A DNA stretch of 64,000 bases from Arenimonas sp. (GCA_043789195.1 JAYWIC010000027.1:2359-66358), one strand, 5' to 3'; shown: positions 27,320 through 37,593, counted from the first letter of the stretch. Translations and numbers: made by a program. The notes: generated by a model not told the origin, from the sequence alone.

Positions 27320-28069
27320 ATGGCTGCACATTTCCCGCTTAAACTAATCGGCAGCCGCATGTTGGCGCCCTCCGTTCGTCATTTGAGTTTTGTTCGCGAT
27401 GACGGTGCGCCGCTGGATTTCATTCCGGGCCAGTTTATTCAAGTGCATTTCAATTATCCCGATGGCGCCGCGACCAAGCGCAGTTATTCGATAGCGACCC
27501 TTCACGACCATGCGATGGGCGCTGGTGACGCGCTTGATATCGCCGTCAGTTTTGTTCCCGGCGGTGCTGCATCAGCGCTGTTCGAAGCACTGGATGAGGG
27601 CCAGCAAATCGAATGCAGCGGCCCGTTCGGTCGTTTTTGTCTGGCGGCCAACGATGCCAACAAACGCTACCTGTTAATTGGCACCGGCACCGGTGTAACG
27701 CCTTATCGTGCGATGTTGCCGGAGCTGGCGCGCTTGATGACCGAACGCAATGTCGAAGTGGTTTTATTATTCGGTGCACGCACACCGGAAGAATTAATCT
27801 ATGGCGAAGACTTCTACGCCTTCGCCGAGCAGAATGCGAATTTCCGCTTTATTCCCTGCTTCTCTCGCGCCTTGCCGGAAAATCCACACGCCGATGTTCG
27901 TAGCGGCTATGTGCAGGAAGCCCTGAGCGAACTGGCACCGAATGCCGAGGGCGATATCGCCTATCTTTGTGGCAATCCGAACATGGTCGATGTCAATTTC
28001 GAAGCCCTGAAAGCCTTCGGCCTGCCGATCCCGCATATTCGCCGGGAAAAATATGTCAGCTCCAAGTAA
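27320..28069 (+). CDS. Ferredoxin--NADP(+) reductase-like FAD/NAD-binding oxidoreductase
   Basis: RSYSIA, GPFG, IGTGTGVTPYRAM and YLCGNPNMV. Confidence 0.9.
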   Translation: MAAHFPLKLIGSRMLAPSVRHLSFVRDDGAPLDFIPGQFIQVHFNYPDGAATKRSYSIATLHDHAMGAGDALDIAVSFVPGGAASALFEALDEGQQIECSGPFGRFCLAANDANKRYLLIGTGTGVTPYRAMLPELARLMTERNVEVVLLFGARTPEELIYGEDFYAFAEQNANFRFIPCFSRALPENPHADVRSGYVQEALSELAPNAEGDIAYLCGNPNMVDVNFEALKAFGLPIPHIRREKYVSSK

Positions 28070-28152
28070 TCGGTCTTTTTTGCTTGTAAAGGACGCTTGA
28101 CAAGCGAAAAAATGCCGTGCATTCTGGTGTCAAGCACACTTGACACTAAAAA

Positions 28153-28875
28153 ATGATCAAACCCCCGTCTTCCCGCACGAAATCCATGACGATCTGGTTG
28201 TTTGCATTTGTCGCGTGCATGATCACGTCCTGGTATCTGTTGACCCGAGTCCTGCCAGCATCTTCGGATTTGTTGCGTACAATCGTCACCCTGATTCCGA
28301 TCATTCCTCTGGTTTTCCTCATCCGCGCCGCGATTGGGCTTTTGTACGGTCTCAATGCGCAGGAATCCGGCAGCAAGCAAGCACTTCAAGACCAGCTGTC
28401 GGAAGTGCAGCAGGTCGCCAGCAGCAATGTCGATCGCCTTTTGCTCCGGACAACTGGCGACGGCAAGCCTATGCGGCCTGCACACCGGAAATATTTGCGT
28501 GCATTCATTCCCGCCATGATTGGCTACATCGTCGTGCTGTTTGCTTCGATTTTGATTTTGAAGGAAATCGGATCGGACGGCCCGATCATCCTTCGAGTGG
28601 CGCTTTCGCTGGCGCCGGTGGTACCGATCATATTTGTCTGTAAAGCGCTGATTCAATTCCTGCGCGATTGCGACGAACTCGAACGCCAGATTGAACTCGA
28701 GGCGATCGCCCTGTCCTGTCTATTCACCGGATTGATTTTTCTTTGCCTGGGTTTTCTGGCCAACTCGAAACTGATTTCCTTGGGCGACGGCGCCCTGGTG
28801 GCAATCTGGGTGTTCCCGACTTTGTGCGGCCTGTACGGCGTGACCAAATGCATTGCGAGCTGGCGCTACCGATGA
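28153..28875 (+). CDS. Hypothetical membrane protein with a partial internal duplication
   Basis: Two similar helix pairs ([20 protein letters not shown] and [20 protein letters not shown]), and [11 protein letters not shown]. Stop overlaps the next ATG (ATGA). Confidence 0.7.
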   Translation: MIKPPSSRTKSMTIWLFAFVACMITSWYLLTRVLPASSDLLRTIVTLIPIIPLVFLIRAAIGLLYGLNAQESGSKQALQDQLSEVQQVASSNVDRLLLRTTGDGKPMRPAHRKYLRAFIPAMIGYIVVLFASILILKEIGSDGPIILRVALSLAPVVPIIFVCKALIQFLRDCDELERQIELEAIALSCLFTGLIFLCLGFLANSKLISLGDGALVAIWVFPTLCGLYGVTKCIASWRYR

Positions 28876-29063
28876 AAAGCCGGGTCCGCGAATTGCGCGA
28901 AAAGCAGGGCTGGTCGCAAGGCGAGTTGGCGGATCTGCTGGATGTCTCGCGGCAAACCGTCAATGCGATTGAAACCGAAAAATACGACCCCAGTTTGCCT
29001 TTGGCATTCAAGATTGCACGCCTGTTCAATATGCGTATCGAAACAATATTTCTGGAAGGATAA
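28872..29063 (+). CDS. XRE/Cro-C1 family HTH transcriptional regulator (63 aa)
   Basis: [52 protein letters not shown]. Confidence 0.92.
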   Translation: MKSRVRELREKQGWSQGELADLLDVSRQTVNAIETEKYDPSLPLAFKIARLFNMRIETIFLEG

Positions 29064-29067
29064 TTTT

Positions 29068-30561
29068 ATGTCTCTTAACGTTGCCGGTTACGGCTTGGCT
29101 ATTTTGACACTGGGTGCGGGCATCCTGAGTCCTGCCGCACATGCGCGCAAACTCGGCGAACTGGATTTCCAGCCTTGTTCGCTGCAGGTCGCCATGAGTG
29201 CCACAACGGTATCGGCACAATGCGCCACGCTGAAGGTCGCGGAAAATCCCGCCCAGCCCAAAGGTCGACAGATTGAACTGGCGCTGGCATGGATCCCGGC
29301 CAAAGGCGAAGCCGAACCCGACCCGGTTTTCATGCTCGCGGGCGGTCCAGGACAATCGGCACTCGAGAGCTATCCGCAATTGCATCCGGCGTTTGGCGAC
29401 GTCATCAAAAAACGACATGTCATTCTGGTGGATCAACGCGGTACCGGCAAATCCAATCCTCTGGTTTGCAAGGACAACGGCGGAAAAAGTGCCGTTGCTG
29501 AGAACGAAGCCATTGAGGAACTGGATCTTAAAAAGGCAAAAGAGTTTGCAAAGCACTGCGCTACCGAGATCGGTAAACGTGCCGACCCGCGCTTTTACTC
29601 GACCCGCTATGCCGTCGACGACCTGGATATCGTTCGCCAAAAAATCGGCGCCGAAAAAATAAATTTATATGGCGTTTCCTACGGCACCCGCGTTGCGCAA
29701 CAATATGCCAAACGCTTTCCGCAACAAATACGCAGCATCGTGCTTGATGGCGTTGCACCAAACTCGCTGATTCTTGGTGCCGAACATGCGATCAACCTCG
29801 AAAATGCACTGAATCTGCATTTTGCCCGTTGTGCGTCCGACAAAATATGCAAACAACGTTTTGGAAATCCACGCCAAACCCTGGATGCCTTGCGTGCAAA
29901 ACTTGCGATCGCGCCAATGACGGTGAATTACAGCGACCCGATGTCGGGCGAAGCAAAGCAGGATAAATTAAATCTTGGTGCGCTTGCCAGTGTGGCACGC
30001 ATGTATTCGTATTCGCCGATGACCGCTTCCATGTTGCCGCTCTTGCTGACACAGGCAGCGCAGGGCAATGGCGCGCCGTTGCTGGCACAGGCGCAAATGA
30101 TGAACGAAAGCATGAACGAAGCCATCATGCACGGCATGCAACTGTCGGTTATCTGCAGTGAGGACGCTGCCGAGCTGAAGGAAGATTCGGCAACGGCCAA
30201 CACTCTGATCGGCAACAGCATGATCAGCTTTCTGAAAGCTCAATGCGAAGTATGGCCCCACTCAAATCGCGTCGCTGATTTTCGCGAACCCTTGAAAGGC
30301 AATATGCCGGTGCTGTTGTTGTCGGGCGAGTTTGATCCGGTAACACCTCCGCGTTACGGCAATGAAGTCGCAAAATTCCTGCCCAATAGCCGACACGTGG
30401 TCGTAAAAGGCCAGGGCCATAACGTGATGCCGGTGGGTTGCGGACCAAAAATATTCGCTCGTTTTATCGACAGTGCCGATGCGAAAAATCTCGATGTTGA
30501 ATGTCTCGACAGTCTCGCTTATGTACCGCCCTTTACCGGTTTTTATGGCTGGGAACCCTGA
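29068..30561 (+). CDS. Secreted alpha/beta hydrolase (tripeptidyl-aminopeptidase/TAP-like)
   Basis: Signal peptide ending AHA, LAGGPG, DQRGTG, GVSYG nucleophile elbow, and catalytic Asp and His in GEFDPVTP and GQGH. Confidence 0.88.
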   Translation: MSLNVAGYGLAILTLGAGILSPAAHARKLGELDFQPCSLQVAMSATTVSAQCATLKVAENPAQPKGRQIELALAWIPAKGEAEPDPVFMLAGGPGQSALESYPQLHPAFGDVIKKRHVILVDQRGTGKSNPLVCKDNGGKSAVAENEAIEELDLKKAKEFAKHCATEIGKRADPRFYSTRYAVDDLDIVRQKIGAEKINLYGVSYGTRVAQQYAKRFPQQIRSIVLDGVAPNSLILGAEHAINLENALNLHFARCASDKICKQRFGNPRQTLDALRAKLAIAPMTVNYSDPMSGEAKQDKLNLGALASVARMYSYSPMTASMLPLLLTQAAQGNGAPLLAQAQMMNESMNEAIMHGMQLSVICSEDAAELKEDSATANTLIGNSMISFLKAQCEVWPHSNRVADFREPLKGNMPVLLLSGEFDPVTPPRYGNEVAKFLPNSRHVVVKGQGHNVMPVGCGPKIFARFIDSADAKNLDVECLDSLAYVPPFTGFYGWEP

Positions 30562-30613
30562 GCCAGCTCAGGCGTTTGACCTTGATTGAAAAATTTTCTT
30601 AAGAGAACTCCTC

Positions 30614-31360
30614 ATGATCGAAGTTCAGGATTTACATAAAAGTTTCAAGACCAAAACCGGATTGGTGAAGGCCGTCCAAGGCGTGAGCTTTACCGCCCGC
30701 GATGGTGAAATTACCGGCTTGCTGGGCCCCAATGGCGCCGGCAAAACCACCACGCTCAGAATGCTTTACACCCTGATGCATCCAGACAGCGGCAACGTAA
30801 AAGTCGATGGTTTCGACAGCATCAAGGATGCCGAGGACGTCCGTCGTCGGCTAGGTGTATTGCCCGATGCCCGTGGCGTTTATAAACGTCTGACGGCTCG
30901 TGAAAACATCCACTACTTCGGAGAGCTGCACGGCATGACGCAGCAGGAAATTGCGATGCGTACGCTGGCTTTATCCAACGCGCTCGGCATGGACGACGTG
31001 CTCGACCGGCAATCAGAAGGTTTTTCGCAGGGACAACGCACCAAAACCGCCATTGCCCGTGCCCTGATCCATGATCCGAAAAATGTCATTCTCGATGAGC
31101 CCACCAACGGTCTGGACGTCATGACCACACGCGGATTGCGCGAATTTTTGAAACAACTTAAAGCCGAAGGTCGTTGCGTGATTTTTTCCAGCCACATCAT
31201 GCAAGAGGTCGCCGCGCTGTGTGATCGCATCGTCATCATTTCGAAAGGTGTGGTGATGGCTCAGGGCAGTCCAGATGAATTGCGCGAACAATTTGGTGAA
31301 CAGAATCTGGAAGACGCTTTCGTAAAAGCCATTGGCACCGAAGAGGGACTGCACGCATGA
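30614..31360 (+). CDS. ABC transporter ATP-binding protein (NatA-like)
   Basis: GPNGAGKTT, FSQGQRTK signature, ILDEPTNGLD and SSHIMQEV. Confidence 0.9.
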   Translation: MIEVQDLHKSFKTKTGLVKAVQGVSFTARDGEITGLLGPNGAGKTTTLRMLYTLMHPDSGNVKVDGFDSIKDAEDVRRRLGVLPDARGVYKRLTARENIHYFGELHGMTQQEIAMRTLALSNALGMDDVLDRQSEGFSQGQRTKTAIARALIHDPKNVILDEPTNGLDVMTTRGLREFLKQLKAEGRCVIFSSHIMQEVAALCDRIVIISKGVVMAQGSPDELREQFGEQNLEDAFVKAIGTEEGLHA

Positions 31361-32526
31361 GCGCCTTGATAACCGTGTTCAAGAAAGAAATCCGCGACAT
31401 GATGCGCGATCGACGCACTGTATTGATCTCCTTGGTAGTCGGCACTTTATTAGGTCCGCTGCTGATGTTCGGCATGCTCAAAATGATGGTCAATCGCGCG
31501 AATACCCAGCTCGAAAAACCATTGGCTCTGCCCGTCGAAGGTGGGGAGCATGCGCCAAATTTGGTGAACTGGCTGAAAGGTCAAAACATTGTCATTAAAC
31601 CGGCACCGACGGATATCGATGCGGTGATTGCCGATCAAAGTGAAGATGTGGTGTTACGCATCAGTCCCGAATTCGGTGCGCAGTGGCGCAAAAGCTTGCC
31701 GGCAAAAGTGGAATTAATTCACGACAGCACGCGCCAGGATGCTTCCATTCCGGTACAACGCGTTGAAACGCTACTGGAAAATTACAGCAGAACCGTCGGG
31801 ACTCTCCGCTTGCTGGCGCGCGGCGTCAGCCCGACCGCAATCCAATCGATACAAATCGCCCATCGCGATTTGGCGACGCCGCAAAGCCGGGCCGGTCAGG
31901 TGTTGTTTTTCCTGCCGTATCTGCTGATCTTGACGGCATTCCTCGGTGGCGCCTATTTGATTATTGATGTCACTGCCGGTGAGCGTGAACGGCAATCGCT
32001 GGAACCCTTGTTAGCCACTCCGGCATCCCGCAGTTCGATTATGAGCGGAAAAATCCTTGCTGCCTGTGCTTTTGGTTTGTTGAGTTTGATCATCACTTTG
32101 CTGGCCTTCAAAATATGCTTTCTGTTTTCTACTGGTTTCGGCGTGAAAGTGGAATTATTGCTCAGCACAATTTCATTGTTACTGCTTGTGTTGATCCCGA
32201 TTTTATTGATCGGTGCCTGCTTGCTAACCTTGATAGCTGCCAGCGTGAAGAGTGTGAAAGAAGCACAAAGCTATATGAGCATACTGGTGATGTTGCCATT
32301 GTTGCCGACGATTATTTTGATGGCTAATCCGGTCAAGAATCAGCTGTGGATGTTTGCAGTCCCGTTCTTGTCGCAGAACCAAATGATTCTGAAATTGGTG
32401 CGTGGCGAAAGTATCAGCGGCAGCGAATGGGCCGTATATTTCCTGGCCGGTTTTGGCTTGGCTGCCGTGCTCTGGGCCATTGCGGCTCGCATGTATCACC
32501 GTGAAAAACTGGCGATTAGCGCCTGA
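31357..32526 (+). CDS. ABC transporter permease (NatB-like)
   Basis: KKEIRDMMRDRRT, DVTAGERERQSLEPLLATP and KSVKEAQSY; ATGA overlap with the ATPase gene. Confidence 0.88.
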   Translation: MSALITVFKKEIRDMMRDRRTVLISLVVGTLLGPLLMFGMLKMMVNRANTQLEKPLALPVEGGEHAPNLVNWLKGQNIVIKPAPTDIDAVIADQSEDVVLRISPEFGAQWRKSLPAKVELIHDSTRQDASIPVQRVETLLENYSRTVGTLRLLARGVSPTAIQSIQIAHRDLATPQSRAGQVLFFLPYLLILTAFLGGAYLIIDVTAGERERQSLEPLLATPASRSSIMSGKILAACAFGLLSLIITLLAFKICFLFSTGFGVKVELLLSTISLLLLVLIPILLIGACLLTLIAASVKSVKEAQSYMSILVMLPLLPTIILMANPVKNQLWMFAVPFLSQNQMILKLVRGESISGSEWAVYFLAGFGLAAVLWAIAARMYHREKLAISA

Positions 32527-32559
32527 TGCATCCACACACTTTCATCAAAGGAATTATTC

Positions 32560-32781
32560 GTGGGAATAGCCTTCTGGATTAGACGCTTCATCCTGATTTT
32601 TTGTCTCGTCTTTATCGTGCTTGCTTGCGTGCATTTACTGCGTGGCCACGAGTTGCTTTTCGCGATGAAGGAAAGTCTGCTGTGGGGAATTATCACGGCC
32701 AATGTTTTCGTGGCTTCGCGAATTTACAATGCTGGGAACGGCCGATATTGCGACTTATGCAACGACACGCCGCCTGGCTAG
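32560..32781 (+). CDS. Small membrane protein with C-terminal CxxC
   Basis: GTG start, two hydrophobic helices, ends YCDLCNDTPPG; followed by a terminator. Confidence 0.55.
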   Translation: MGIAFWIRRFILIFCLVFIVLACVHLLRGHELLFAMKESLLWGIITANVFVASRIYNAGNGRYCDLCNDTPPG

Positions 32782-32800
32782 TTCAGGATTTTTTTCCGAT

Positions 32801-32831
32801 AAAAAAAGCCCGGCAACGCCGGGCTTTTTTT
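32801..32831. terminator. Bidirectional intrinsic terminator
   Basis: AAAAAAA-GCCCGGC-AAC-GCCGGGC-TTTTTTT between convergent genes. Confidence 0.88.
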
Positions 32832-32847
32832 GCGACTGCTTTTCGTA

Positions 32848-33840
32848 TCAATTGAAGTTGAAATTACGACGCACGGTGCGTGACTCATCCAATGGCTGGA
32901 ATTGCCATTTTTTCACGGTGCTCAAAACGCCACGATCAAACGTACCGCGCGGATTCGATTTCACGACGCGGACGTCGGACACCGAACCGTCACGATTCAC
33001 GACAAACTCCACTTCCACGTTTCCGGTGATTTCGTTGCGCCGTGCATCAGCTGGATAATCCGGTTGTGGCGTACTGATAGCGACCAGTGCGCTGCTGACT
33101 GCGGCGGGGCGTGCCGGGGTTGGCGCTGTTGATACGGGTGGCGCGACTACGGTGGGTGCTGGACGTGTCTCCACTGTTGCCGGGCGGGTTTCAACCGGTG
33201 CCGGAGTGGCGACTGTCGGTGCGGTTCGTGCTGCAGCAGCGGCTTTCGCGGCGTCATCTGCGGCTTTCTGTTTGGCGAGCTCTTCCAGACGCTTTTCATC
33301 TTCCGTGCGTTGGGCATCATCGACCAAGCGCTGGGCGGCATTGGCTTTACCGGTGCTAATGGCTTCGGCAATTCGCGGCAAGGCGGGGGCTTGTGAGTCG
33401 GCGCGTTCAAGCAGGGCTCGCAGGCGTTCGGCTTCGACAAAATCAAAGCGACCGATGGCTTGCTCGGCGGCAATGACGGTGTAGGGCATCAGATCCATCA
33501 GCGCGCTTTCGGCATTGGCATCGGGCTTATCGCTCTTCTTGCGAAGCGCCAGATAGTATTCCATCGCATTATCGCCGGCGGGGGCATAGAGGCGCTGCTC
33601 GCGGAAAGCCGTGGCGGCGCGCTTGCGTAGTTCGTCGACCGGCAACGCGGTGAGCGCGGCTTCGGCCGCTTGCGCTGCTTGGGCGGCCTTGGCTATTTGG
33701 GCTTCGGCCTGGGCGGTGGTATCGGCGGTGGCGGCAACTTCCGGCTCGGCTTCCTTTTTACAGGCAGACAGCCCCAAACCCAGCGAAATTAGCAGGGCGC
33801 AGGGCAATATGTGTTTCATTACTTTGGTCGGTTTGCTCAT
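32848..33840 (-). CDS. TonB C-terminal domain protein with a lipoprotein-type signal peptide
   Basis: C-terminal PQPDYPADARRNEITGNVEVEFVVNRDGSVSDVRVV...FDRGVLSTVKKWQFQP (TonB_C), Pro/Thr/Ala linker, and N-terminal LGLGLSAC lipobox. Confidence 0.8.
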   Translation of the reverse strand: MSKPTKVMKHILPCALLISLGLGLSACKKEAEPEVAATADTTAQAEAQIAKAAQAAQAAEAALTALPVDELRKRAATAFREQRLYAPAGDNAMEYYLALRKKSDKPDANAESALMDLMPYTVIAAEQAIGRFDFVEAERLRALLERADSQAPALPRIAEAISTGKANAAQRLVDDAQRTEDEKRLEELAKQKAADDAAKAAAAARTAPTVATPAPVETRPATVETRPAPTVVAPPVSTAPTPARPAAVSSALVAISTPQPDYPADARRNEITGNVEVEFVVNRDGSVSDVRVVKSNPRGTFDRGVLSTVKKWQFQPLDESRTVRRNFNFN

Positions 33841-33962
33841 AGTGATCACTGGGTTCAAGGCTGGGTTAAAAGAGTGTACGGATTTCACATGCTCAACACA
33901 TTAAAGTTTGGCCTAATGGTGACGTTTTTTCCGTATCGTGCATCACGGTATAGCATACCGGC

Positions 33963-35309
33963 TTATTTGCCTATGCAAAAACTTGTAAATATCTTGCCTA
34001 GAAGGGCATCCGCATCCATCTGGCCAGTGATTTCGCCAAGGGCGTGGTGGCTGTCACGCAGCTCCTGAGCCGCCAGCTCACCCTGCTTGTGCGCCAGCTG
34101 TTGTGCAGCTAACGCCAAGGCGGCGGCGGCTCTCTCCAATGCCTCGATATGGCGGGTTCGGGCACTGAAACTTCCGGCATCGCTTTCGTTTACTCCGGCG
34201 GCATTGCGTAAGGCCTGGCGTAGCAAGTCAAAACCTAGTCCGGATTTGGCCGATAACCATACGTGCTTTCCGTCCGCCCGTTCTTCCTGATGGACCGCCT
34301 TGCCGCTGAGGTCGCATTTATTATGCAGCCAGAGGATTTTCGGCACCCCTGATAGGCTTGTCCGCAATTCCCGGACAGAGGCTTCAGTATCACGATCATC
34401 CAGCACGGCCAGCGCCAAATCGGCATCGAGCAATTCCCGGTGTGCCCGCTTGATGCCTTCCCTTTCGACGACATCGGCGGTATCGCGCAAGCCGGCAGTA
34501 TCCACCAAGGTGATAACAACGCCATCGAGCGTAATGGATTCACGCAAAACATCCCGCGTGGTCCCGGCGATGTCGGTGACGATGGCGCGTTCTTCGCCCG
34601 CCAGACGATTGAGCAAAGACGACTTGCCAACGTTAGGCGCACCGACAATCACGACATGCACGCCATCGAGCAAGCGTTTTCCGCGCTGCGCTTCCGTCAA
34701 CAGTTCGCTTAGATTTCTTTGCACATTCAGCAATCGCGTCTGCAATTCCGGTGCGGCGAGAAAATCGATTTCTTCTTCCGGAAAATCCAGTGCCGCTTCG
34801 ATGTAGACACGCAGATTGACCAGGCCCTGTTCGACTTCGTGCACGCGTTTTGAAAAATCACCGTCCAACGAACGCCGTGCCGCGCGCGCCGCCGCTTCGC
34901 TACCGGCTGAAATCAAATCGGCGACGGCTTCGGCCTGCGCCAGATCGAGTTTTTCATTGAGGAAAGCGCGTTCGGTAAATTCGCCGGGGCGTGCCTGTCT
35001 TGCACCCAATGCGATGCAGCGCTTCAATAATTGCGATAGTAAATACGGATTTCCGTGTGCCTGCAATTCGACCACGTCTTCGCCGGTATACGAGTGCGGG
35101 CCGGAGAAATAGATCGCGATGCCGTCGTCGATGATTTCTTTATTTTCATCGAGAAGACGTCCGTAACTCGCCATGCGTGGCGCTATTTTCCTCTGTAGCA
35201 GGGTTTCGGCTATCCTGCGCGCTTTCGGGCCGCTCAAGCGAACGATACCGATACCCGCTGGCGCTTTGGCGGTGGCGATGGCGACGATGGTGTCAATGTG
35301 TTTATCCAT
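33963..35309 (-). CDS. mnmE: tRNA modification GTPase MnmE (TrmE)
   Basis: DTIVAIAT, GAPNVGKSS, GTTRD, DTAGLR, NKCD and C-terminal FCIGK. Confidence 0.97.
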   Translation of the reverse strand: MDKHIDTIVAIATAKAPAGIGIVRLSGPKARRIAETLLQRKIAPRMASYGRLLDENKEIIDDGIAIYFSGPHSYTGEDVVELQAHGNPYLLSQLLKRCIALGARQARPGEFTERAFLNEKLDLAQAEAVADLISAGSEAAARAARRSLDGDFSKRVHEVEQGLVNLRVYIEAALDFPEEEIDFLAAPELQTRLLNVQRNLSELLTEAQRGKRLLDGVHVVIVGAPNVGKSSLLNRLAGEERAIVTDIAGTTRDVLRESITLDGVVITLVDTAGLRDTADVVEREGIKRAHRELLDADLALAVLDDRDTEASVRELRTSLSGVPKILWLHNKCDLSGKAVHQEERADGKHVWLSAKSGLGFDLLRQALRNAAGVNESDAGSFSARTRHIEALERAAAALALAAQQLAHKQGELAAQELRDSHHALGEITGQMDADALLGKIFTSFCIGK

Positions 35310-35320
35310 GCGAGCATCAT

Positions 35321-35354
35321 AAACAAAGGCCCGCGTTTGCGGGCCTTTGTTTTT
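35321..35354 (-). terminator. Terminator-like hairpin between yidC and mnmE
   Basis: AAACAAAGGCCCGC-GTTT-GCGGGCCTTTGTTT: perfect 14-bp inverted repeat ending about 11 nt before the mnmE ATG. Confidence 0.75.
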
Positions 35355-35394
35355 CATATTATCCAACTAAAGCCGTCATTGGCTAAGCCCATTT

Positions 35395-37110
35395 TTATTT
35401 CACCACCAACGTCTTGTCACCATGGCGCTTATTAATGACTTGCTGCTGGGCAATCCCCAACAAGCCATTGGTTACCCAATACAACACCAATCCTGATGGG
35501 AAAAAGGCCATCAGCACACCGAACATCAGCGGCATGAATTGCATCACTTTCTTCTGCATCGGGTCCATGCCCGGCATAGGCGTCAGCTTTTGCGTAACGA
35601 ACATCACGATCAAGTTCATGATCGGCAGGATGAAATACGGATCCGGTGCGGTCAGATTTTGAATCCAGCCCATCCAGGGTGCCTGACGTAGCTCAACGCT
35701 TTCCAGCAATACCCAATACAAGGCGAAGAAAATCGGCAGCGGGATCAGCATCGGTAAACAACCGCCGGCAGGATTGATTTTTTCTTTCTTGTACAGATCC
35801 ATCATCGCCGTCGAATAGGCTTGACGATCATCGCCGTAACGTTCTTTCAAGGCTTCCAGTCGTGGCTGGATCGCTCGCATTTTTGCCATGCTTTTATATT
35901 GCGCAGCAGATAATTTATACAGCGCCAATTTCAGCAAAACCACGATCGCTATGATGGCCCAACCCCAATTGCCGATCCAGGAATGTAACAGCGATAGTAG
36001 CCAGAAAAGCGGCTGTGCGATGAAACTAAAAATACCGTAGTCGAGCGTTAGCTTGAGACTCGGATTTATTTTTTCCATTTCTTCTTGTAATTTTGGCCCG
36101 ACCCACAAGGTGGATTCGAGCAATTTCTTTTTGCCCGGCGCGACTTCAAATGCCGGGCTGACACTATTGATGACAAATTTCGTCTTGCCATTTTCCTGTT
36201 GTGTACTAGTTGAAATCTGGCGTGCTTCTTTGGTTCCGGGAATCCAGGCGCTGACAAAATAATGCTGAACCATGCTGATCCAGGTATTAGTACGCTCGGT
36301 GAGTTTTTCGTCGCCATCGGCAAAATCTTTTAGCGCTCTTTTCTCGAAGTTTTCCTGCTCGCTGTACCAGGCCGCACCTATCAGACTAAAACTTTCGGGA
36401 TTGGTGAACATGCTGTGCTTCGGTGGTGCAGGCGGCTGGTTACGCATGAATTGCTCATAGGCAAAACCTTGCCATGCTTGCGTACCGGTATTGCTGATTT
36501 CCTGCTTTACCTTAATGGCGTAACTGCCGCGTGTCAGCACCAGCGTTTTGCGAACCTGCAAACCCTGAGCAGCATCGTTCCAGATAAAGGGAATTTCCAA
36601 GGTGTTTTGACCGTCGGCCAATCGGTATTGGGCGGTGGGATTTTCGAGACGAAAAACTGCTTCGTGGGTTGGTGCATTAGTCTGCGTTGCTGACAAAGCG
36701 CCAAGACCGGATTGCGCGACATAAAAACTTTCGTCGTTATTCGCCTGCAGAACCACATTGGCGCTACCGGCTTTTTTCTCGAGTGGATACTTCAGTAGTT
36801 CGCTTGAAATCAGGGTGGCGCCGCGTGGATCTATCTGCAGCTTGAGCACATCGGTTTGTGCCGAAACGGAATTGACCGTTTGTTCAGGCGCATCGCTTGG
36901 CGTAGTCGGAGTGGGAACGGCGCTTGACGGCAGTGTTGCACTAGGGGCTTCAGGCAGACTGCTGGTTTTATTCGGCACACCTTTGGCGGCACTGGTCACG
37001 GCTGGCTTGGTTTCCGGCGTCGCGGTCGCAGGGGTTTTTGACCATTCCATGAAAAGCAAAAACGCGACCAATAGCCAAGCAAACAATAAAAACGAACGAG
37101 TCTGATTCAT
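35395..37110 (-). CDS. yidC: Membrane protein insertase YidC
   Basis: LDYGIFSFIAQPLF, GNWGWAII, YKKEKINPAGGCLP and PSGLVLYWVTN. Confidence 0.97.
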   Translation of the reverse strand: MNQTRSFLLFAWLLVAFLLFMEWSKTPATATPETKPAVTSAAKGVPNKTSSLPEAPSATLPSSAVPTPTTPSDAPEQTVNSVSAQTDVLKLQIDPRGATLISSELLKYPLEKKAGSANVVLQANNDESFYVAQSGLGALSATQTNAPTHEAVFRLENPTAQYRLADGQNTLEIPFIWNDAAQGLQVRKTLVLTRGSYAIKVKQEISNTGTQAWQGFAYEQFMRNQPPAPPKHSMFTNPESFSLIGAAWYSEQENFEKRALKDFADGDEKLTERTNTWISMVQHYFVSAWIPGTKEARQISTSTQQENGKTKFVINSVSPAFEVAPGKKKLLESTLWVGPKLQEEMEKINPSLKLTLDYGIFSFIAQPLFWLLSLLHSWIGNWGWAIIAIVVLLKLALYKLSAAQYKSMAKMRAIQPRLEALKERYGDDRQAYSTAMMDLYKKEKINPAGGCLPMLIPLPIFFALYWVLLESVELRQAPWMGWIQNLTAPDPYFILPIMNLIVMFVTQKLTPMPGMDPMQKKVMQFMPLMFGVLMAFFPSGLVLYWVTNGLLGIAQQQVINKRHGDKTLVVK

Positions 37111-37142
37111 GAGCTCAAAAAAACCTGGGCAGGATCTGCCTG

Positions 37143-37571
37143 TTAGGGATCGCGGGGAGTGACAACGCCGTTGTCTGGCGAGCCGTGCATTGTGCCTATC
37201 GCAGCGTTACTGAGCAATGATTGGGCGCGATGGAACAGTTTTTCAAGGTCTGCACGCCATTGCGTTGCGATTGCTTTTGCCGCTTCCGGTTTTGCCACCA
37301 GTACATATTCCGCTGCACGAAATTCACTCTGGTGCGAACGGAAATAATCTCGGCAGACGCGTTTGATACGATTTCTGGCAACGGCGGATTTATCGACGCG
37401 TTTGGATACGGCAATACCGAGGCGCGGCGTCGGAAAAATGTCGCCCTGGGCAAGATGTAAACGAAAGTAGGCGCCAGAGACGCGACTTCCCTCGCTAAAC
37501 ACGGCTTGGTACTCAGCCGAGGTGCGTATACGCGCACTGCGAGGGAAGCGGTGGTGGGCCGTGGAATTCAC
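37143..37571 (-). CDS. rnpA: Ribonuclease P protein component
   Basis: RFPRSARIR, and PRLGIAVSKRVDKSAVARNRIKR (RNR motif). GTG start. Confidence 0.93.
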   Translation of the reverse strand: MNSTAHHRFPRSARIRTSAEYQAVFSEGSRVSGAYFRLHLAQGDIFPTPRLGIAVSKRVDKSAVARNRIKRVCRDYFRSHQSEFRAAEYVLVAKPEAAKAIATQWRADLEKLFHRAQSLLSNAAIGTMHGSPDNGVVTPRDP

Positions 37572-37593
37572 GTCCCAGACTGCAATATTTTAC

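Noticed and set aside
37111-37142. yidD expected between rnpA and yidC
   Set aside because: Only 32 bp are available and no overlapping frame resembles YidD. It is simply not encoded at this position.
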